Below are positions 44,771-49,373 of a DNA stretch of 49,373 bases, piece by piece; position 1 is the stretch's first letter; each line of letters opens with the position of its first letter. Made by a program: the position numbers and the translations under genes. This DNA comes from a virus (taxonomy: Duplodnaviria; Caudoviricetes): positions 1 through 49,373 of IMG/VR virus record IMGVR_UViG_3300033067_000841; one strand, given 5' to 3'. The notes under the pieces are model-generated. The model worked only from the letters and a program-made list of their open reading frames with translations, made no database searches and was not told where the DNA came from.

Positions 44771-45028
44771 TTAAATGAAATCTAGTAGCTGTCTTAGCTC
44801 TCTGTAGCCTGCCCTCTGTCCATTCTTGTAAGCCTGCTTGTAAGACCAGTTAGGATCTTCAAAATCCTTGATACTTGTCTCGGAGGCCAGGAGATCTCGT
44901 TCTTTTTCGTCGATGATCTCTCGTAGGCGGGTAATGGCTGTCTTGCTTGACCTAAGTGTTGCTTCTAGCTGTTGCTGTTGTTCACTGTCCTGGAGGTGCT
45001 TGGTCCACACCATCGGCAGTCGTTTCAT
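44771..45028 (-). CDS. Hypothetical protein
   Basis: 'WTKHL...DFEDPNWSYKQAYKNG'; overlaps the portal 3' end. Confidence 0.6.
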   Translation of the reverse strand: MKRLPMVWTKHLQDSEQQQQLEATLRSSKTAITRLREIIDEKERDLLASETSIKDFEDPNWSYKQAYKNGQRAGYRELRQLLDFI

Positions 45029-46826
45029 CGGGTGCTCCCATCGAAAGTAGGTCTTCGTCCGTGTCATCCGGTGTCAGACCGTGGGGAGTCTGGGACTCCA
45101 TGGCGACCTGTTCCTGGTGGCTGTTGGCGAAGCGCTGAGCGTCGGCCTGCTCGTCCAGTCGGACGTAGGGGACAACGATCTGGTAGTCTTCGACCTCAAG
45201 GACTTCCTCCATCATCTTGGAGATCTTCACTGAGGACCAATGCATCTTGACTTCTGGATCCTGGCCTAGTGGCGAGGTGAAGAACCCGTTGATGTCCTGT
45301 AGGAGCTGGGCCTTCTCCGCGAAGTGGCGGGCTGCAATGGGTTTGATACGACCAGTCCCTGTGATGTCGTCCACCGACAGCTCCTGGAATGTGTTGAACT
45401 TGAACTCGTCGTCGAAGACCCGGACACTGGTCGTGGTCATCTTGCGACGGGCGAGCTCCAGCATGGCGTTGAGGAGAGGCTCAATGAGCTGCTCCTCGAA
45501 TTGGGAGATCTTGTTTTGAAAGACGCGTGATGCCGCATTCTCGAGGCGCTGTACTTCGTACTTGGTCTTCTCTCCGGGAGTACGGAACCCTAGGGCCTCC
45601 TTTGGCGCCCCGGCCATCTCTTCCATGATCTTCTCAAGGTTTTGTATCTCGATGTTGGCGTTGAGGGCGTTGATGTCGGGAGACATGATCTCCACGTCAC
45701 CATCGTCGCCTACGACGATCTTCTCCATCGGTCCCCAGGTGAAAGCCTCGACATAGCCCTTGATCTTGAGGGGCGGGAATGCCGTGAGGTCGAACACGTC
45801 GGCCTTGAGGTTCTCGATGTGGTCGATGCGGTACTGCATGCCGACCAGGTTATCGAGAGGACCCATGGCCCAGAGGTTGTCCTGCCTCGGCCGCCATCCA
45901 ACGTGGTAGATGGGAGCCCGACCAAAGAAGCTGGGGTTTGGAGCCTTGTGGATGACCTTGTGACGGTCTGCTACGACGATGACCTGGTTCCGGAGGAACG
46001 TGTCCTTGTCGTAGTCGTAGATGTCTCCGTAGAAGGTCAGGAGCTCGACGTAGTCCCCTGTGAGGTACTCACGCCATCCTGTGAAGCCATCGACCTGGAG
46101 ATAGTCGTCCTTGACCTTGACATCCCCGGCGTGCTGCCGAGCGGTGTAGCGAAGTCCCTTGACGTAGTTCCAGAGGGCTTCGGCCTCCTCGTTCTCCTCC
46201 ATCTTGGAGAGACGGGTGATCAGCTCCTTGACCTCCCCGATCTGGACGATCGAGCGGACGATCTTGGGGCTGTCCTCGAAGCTAGGGGCGATGGGATTGA
46301 AAACGATGTCTACGGGAGAGATACGCTTTGGTACCGGCCCTACGTAGCCTGTCTGGACTCGATCTTCCAACTCTACGGTGTTGTCGCGCCAGTCTGGCAT
46401 GACGAACGCATTCCCGTAGTCGATGTAGTCGAGGATAAGCTTCTGAACTTCCTTCTTGAACTGATCCGGGGAAATCATCCATGCCGAATAGTTGACGATG
46501 GCTTCCTTCTTGTCCCGGATGTTCGATTGCTTGTCGTCCGCCTCCCAGGTCAGCCATTTCCTCTTTGGGAACATGCTGGCCATATAGTTGGCGAAAAGAT
46601 TGTCTCGAATCTGACAGAGCTTGGGAATTGTGGTCTTGTTTTTCCACGGCAGCTTGCTATTGGTGGTTACGCTTGTATCAGTGGCGTAGACATAGCGGCG
46701 TACCTCGTCCCAAGCATCGATCTTGTTCTGACGAAGAGTGTTCCAGGTCATCCAGTGCTGCGCAATGGAGCAGCCTAGCTGATCTGGAATTATGATACTT
46801 TGGAGATCGAGGACTCTACCGGCCAT
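44982..46826 (-). CDS. Portal protein
   Basis: 614 aa after TerL; 'DYIDYGNAF', 'RISPVDIVFNP', 'RTPGEKTKYEV'. Confidence 0.9.
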   Translation of the reverse strand: MAGRVLDLQSIIIPDQLGCSIAQHWMTWNTLRQNKIDAWDEVRRYVYATDTSVTTNSKLPWKNKTTIPKLCQIRDNLFANYMASMFPKRKWLTWEADDKQSNIRDKKEAIVNYSAWMISPDQFKKEVQKLILDYIDYGNAFVMPDWRDNTVELEDRVQTGYVGPVPKRISPVDIVFNPIAPSFEDSPKIVRSIVQIGEVKELITRLSKMEENEEAEALWNYVKGLRYTARQHAGDVKVKDDYLQVDGFTGWREYLTGDYVELLTFYGDIYDYDKDTFLRNQVIVVADRHKVIHKAPNPSFFGRAPIYHVGWRPRQDNLWAMGPLDNLVGMQYRIDHIENLKADVFDLTAFPPLKIKGYVEAFTWGPMEKIVVGDDGDVEIMSPDINALNANIEIQNLEKIMEEMAGAPKEALGFRTPGEKTKYEVQRLENAASRVFQNKISQFEEQLIEPLLNAMLELARRKMTTTSVRVFDDEFKFNTFQELSVDDITGTGRIKPIAARHFAEKAQLLQDINGFFTSPLGQDPEVKMHWSSVKISKMMEEVLEVEDYQIVVPYVRLDEQADAQRFANSHQEQVAMESQTPHGLTPDDTDEDLLSMGAPDETTADGVDQAPPGQ

Positions 46827-47011
46827 TAGAATACGATATCATCTGGATTGTCTGAATACCCACCTTGCGTGTTACTCTTTTTCTTAAGAAGCTTTTTTAT
46901 TTCTGGCATGTTTCCACGCCCTGAATCGATCTTCTCGTAGAGCTTTGGCTCAAATGGGTTCATCTTTCGCAATACTTGACGTTCAGAGATTTTCTTTGAT
47001 TCATCACCCAT
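46826..47011 (-). CDS. Small hypothetical protein
   Basis: Fills the TerL-portal gap with TAATG coupling. Confidence 0.5.
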   Translation of the reverse strand: MGDESKKISERQVLRKMNPFEPKLYEKIDSGRGNMPEIKKLLKKKSNTQGGYSDNPDDIVF

Positions 47012-47013
47012 TC

Positions 47014-48567
47014 TTAATAAATGCCTCCGAACTTGCTATGTGTGTATTGCTGTAGTTGATTACGCTGGGAGAGGTGGATGACGTTGCTGGGAGCTATGCA
47101 GCTGTCGACACAGCTGGCCAGGCAGTCCTTGACGTCGTCGTGGGGAGGGTTCACCAGGACCAGTTCCTCTTCCAGGATCTGGCAATTGCCACCGAGGTAG
47201 TGCCACATCTGGCGATTGTGGTAGCGGGGCTGGAGGATGGCCTCTACGCGCTCTTCCTTGGTGCCCTGGGTCCTTGTGGGCCTGAATTCCTCGACTATGA
47301 GGGCTAGGCCGTGTGGTCTGATGTAGTTCTGCTTGAGATCGGTAACGATCACCTGCTGGGCTACCGAGACCTCTGCCCGGATCTTCCGGAAGTCCCATTT
47401 CTGGTGGAGGCTAAGGATCTTGGAGAAATATTCCGAGATCTTGTCGGTTTTGAACCTCTCGATGTCCAGAACGTAGTAATTCTTGTCTGCGTCTACTCCG
47501 ACAACGACGATAGCAGTGTAGTCAGCTTTTCTCGATCGGCTAAAGGCAAAGTCGACGGCAGCAAAGACGTTAAGTCGTCTCGATTTGTAGAACCAGAACC
47601 CACCACTCCTGTTAAGATGCTGTCTATCGTAATACTGGAAATATTCTCTTTGGATAGCAGCTGACTCAGAATCGTTTGGATCATTATAGTACTGAGCTCG
47701 GAACTGGATGCGGTCAAGGTACTGTGCCCTCTTCTTGGCCAGGATCTTTTGGTCAAATCCAAACCACTTGCCATCAAAACGCTGCTGACGGGGCCACAGG
47801 AACTCTCCTGTGCCGTCGCCGCGGTTCTCCACCTGGCGTTCGAACACCTCGTAGAGGGCCTCGCTGCCGGTGATCTCTCCGTCGTCGTCATACTCGTCAA
47901 CGGCCATCTGGATGATGTCGTTGTAGAGGTCCTTGGGGTGGTACCTGGTCCCGACAACCCACTCTCGGGCGTCTGTGGACTCGATCGAGGCTAGCAGGCT
48001 GTATTGCTGCTTGGTCTTCTCTCGACCGTCTTCGGTGTATGCGTTTTCACGCACTACCACGTCATCAAGTACTGCAATATCGAAATGGAGGCCAGTAATA
48101 GAAGTTGTGAGGCCAGCAGTGAAGACGCTGGGGTCTCGCACAGTTTCTCTCTTACGAGTGGGATGATCGACTGCAATTTCATTTTCGGTCCACTTTTCTC
48201 TTTTAGCCTCATCCAGATTGACCATCTCAGGCCAATAGAAGCGATAAATGTCGCTGGTGAGGATATCCTTGATGAACTTCAGCTGCTTGATCGCCAAGTT
48301 CGCCGTGGAGGAGATATACAGGACCCGGAGGGCTGGATTGCGAGTAAGCTCCCAGACCACCCTGTAGGCGACCATAGCGCTCTTGCCATGATCTCGGGGT
48401 AGCAGGACCACCTGATGGGTCTTTGCATCCTCCCTGGTCCACCATTGGATCAGTTCACTATGGATGCCTCCCATGACGCGGAGGGGGTGTACAAGACGAA
48501 TGAAGCTTTCTAGATCGCGTTCAGCAGCCTCCCTGATAAGGTCTTTCTTGCTTTGCTCTTTTCTCAC
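47014..48567 (-). CDS. terL: Terminase large subunit
   Basis: Walker A 'LPRDHGKS', Walker B 'IAVLDD', 'VGTRYH'; nuclease 'AVDFA...DYTAI', 'HDDVKD'. Confidence 0.95.
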   Translation of the reverse strand: MRKEQSKKDLIREAAERDLESFIRLVHPLRVMGGIHSELIQWWTREDAKTHQVVLLPRDHGKSAMVAYRVVWELTRNPALRVLYISSTANLAIKQLKFIKDILTSDIYRFYWPEMVNLDEAKREKWTENEIAVDHPTRKRETVRDPSVFTAGLTTSITGLHFDIAVLDDVVVRENAYTEDGREKTKQQYSLLASIESTDAREWVVGTRYHPKDLYNDIIQMAVDEYDDDGEITGSEALYEVFERQVENRGDGTGEFLWPRQQRFDGKWFGFDQKILAKKRAQYLDRIQFRAQYYNDPNDSESAAIQREYFQYYDRQHLNRSGGFWFYKSRRLNVFAAVDFAFSRSRKADYTAIVVVGVDADKNYYVLDIERFKTDKISEYFSKILSLHQKWDFRKIRAEVSVAQQVIVTDLKQNYIRPHGLALIVEEFRPTRTQGTKEERVEAILQPRYHNRQMWHYLGGNCQILEEELVLVNPPHDDVKDCLASCVDSCIAPSNVIHLSQRNQLQQYTHSKFGGIY

Positions 48568-48728
48568 TTATGCCAGCCGTTGGTTTGCAGGATAAAATAC
48601 ACCAGCGCCCCTAGTCCCAGAAGGGTCAAGGTACGTACAGACCACCAACCAACGTCGGCCACCCGCTCATCAAGCCATTCCTTGAGAGCGTCCTTGAGGG
48701 CTTGTTTTGTATCGGGATCTACAGGCAT
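48564..48728 (-). CDS. Small single-TM protein, holin candidate (54 aa)
   Basis: GAGGAG RBS; MPVDPDTKQALKDALKEWLDERVADVGWWSVRTLTLLGLGALVYFILQTNGWHK*; not in the ORF track. Confidence 0.55.
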   Translation of the reverse strand: MPVDPDTKQALKDALKEWLDERVADVGWWSVRTLTLLGLGALVYFILQTNGWHK

Positions 48729-48736
48729 CTCACTCC

Positions 48737-48943
48737 TCAGATATACAATCGACCAGTTGGAATAAGGATCTCGTCGTCGTTAGAGCCGACAAGGTAGTTG
48801 ACTTCTTCGATCTGACCATAAACGGGGGGTGGTGTCCCTGGTGGATTTGGAACGTCTGGGTAGGGGTATGGAACAACCCGAGGATCATCCACACCCCTCT
48901 TCATAAGCTCCTTGATATCCGGCCGCTTACGATGACGCCTCAT
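48737..48943 (-). CDS. Pro-rich hypothetical protein
   Basis: ATGA-coupled ORF. Confidence 0.5.
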   Translation of the reverse strand: MRRHRKRPDIKELMKRGVDDPRVVPYPYPDVPNPPGTPPPVYGQIEEVNYLVGSNDDEILIPTGRLYI

Positions 48944-49373
48944 GTGTTGTGAACCTTGACGTAGAACACAACAGGATAGTGGGGGTCTGATATATTGAAG
49001 TTATTCGCAAGAGTAATAGTTCTGGCTGTCGTGTCGATGGCAGTTATCGGATTCAAAGCACTTAGACCAGACCCGCCGACATTTGTTCGTTCAATTTCTG
49101 GATGGATGAACAAGTCACCAACACCCATAGTTAGCCAGGAGTAAGGGTATGTAGTCCCTGTGTCTAGGGTGTCACCAGTACCGAAAGCCCACTTGAGTTT
49201 GGTAATGACATTTGACCCGCTGGTCACGGATCCCATGATCAAGCCAGGATTTCGATTGATGCGGCAGCAGGTGTAGATAGCCACATAGCTGTTGCCAGGT
49301 GTAAGCTGCGTGCGTCCGCTGGTGGCGTAACTGCCGGCTGTAAAGCCCGCGTAGTAGTCATTCAACTGGCGCA
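48940..49373 (-). CDS. C-terminal part of a tailspike (runs off right edge)
   Basis: Frame is open to the window edge; 'ITAIDTTARTITL'; likely continuation of 1-1442. Confidence 0.6.
   Translation of the reverse strand, partial: RQLNDYYAGFTAGSYATSGRTQLTPGNSYVAIYTCCRINRNPGLIMGSVTSGSNVITKLKWAFGTGDTLDTGTTYPYSWLTMGVGDLFIHPEIERTNVGGSGLSALNPITAIDTTARTITLANNFNISDPHYPVVFYVKVHNT

Noticed and set aside
45642-46778. 378-aa + strand ORF
   Set aside because: Antisense shadow of the portal gene caused by codon bias
1-49373. tRNA genes, phage RNA polymerase, reverse transcriptase/DGR, alternative genetic code
   Set aside because: None seen; the core genes are intact under the standard bacterial code

Overview
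The window is an essentially complete, circularly permuted ~49.4 kb podovirus genome. It has T7-like DNA polymerase A, primase-helicase, tail tubular A/B and internal virion proteins but no RNA polymerase, a layout resembling Zobellviridae/cobavirus-type phages. Spanins indicate a Gram-negative host; an alphaproteobacterium is my guess. Two arms diverge from a non-coding region at ~4380-5550 and converge on a bidirectional terminator at ~26150. The + arm holds a micro-ORF array, a four-enzyme peptide-ligase cluster (ATP-grasp, amidoligase, class II GATase, gamma-glutamylcyclotransferase), primase-helicase, a tyrosine integrase, PolA, nucleases, ThyX and a class II RNR. The - arm holds TerS, fibre/spike genes, TerL, portal, capsid, tail, lysis and ejection proteins. 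The most unusual signals lie in the early region and are absent from the ORF track: (1) a ~600-nt multi-branched structured element at 4927-5534; (2) three copies of one H-type pseudoknot with compensatory changes in both stems at 7421-7943; (3) a 32-aa hyper-acidic peptide ending in EDEY directly upstream of the ATP-grasp/amidoligase cluster; (4) eight tightly packed small ORFs that include apparent paralogues. All calls come from reading motifs by eye; no database search or folding program was run.
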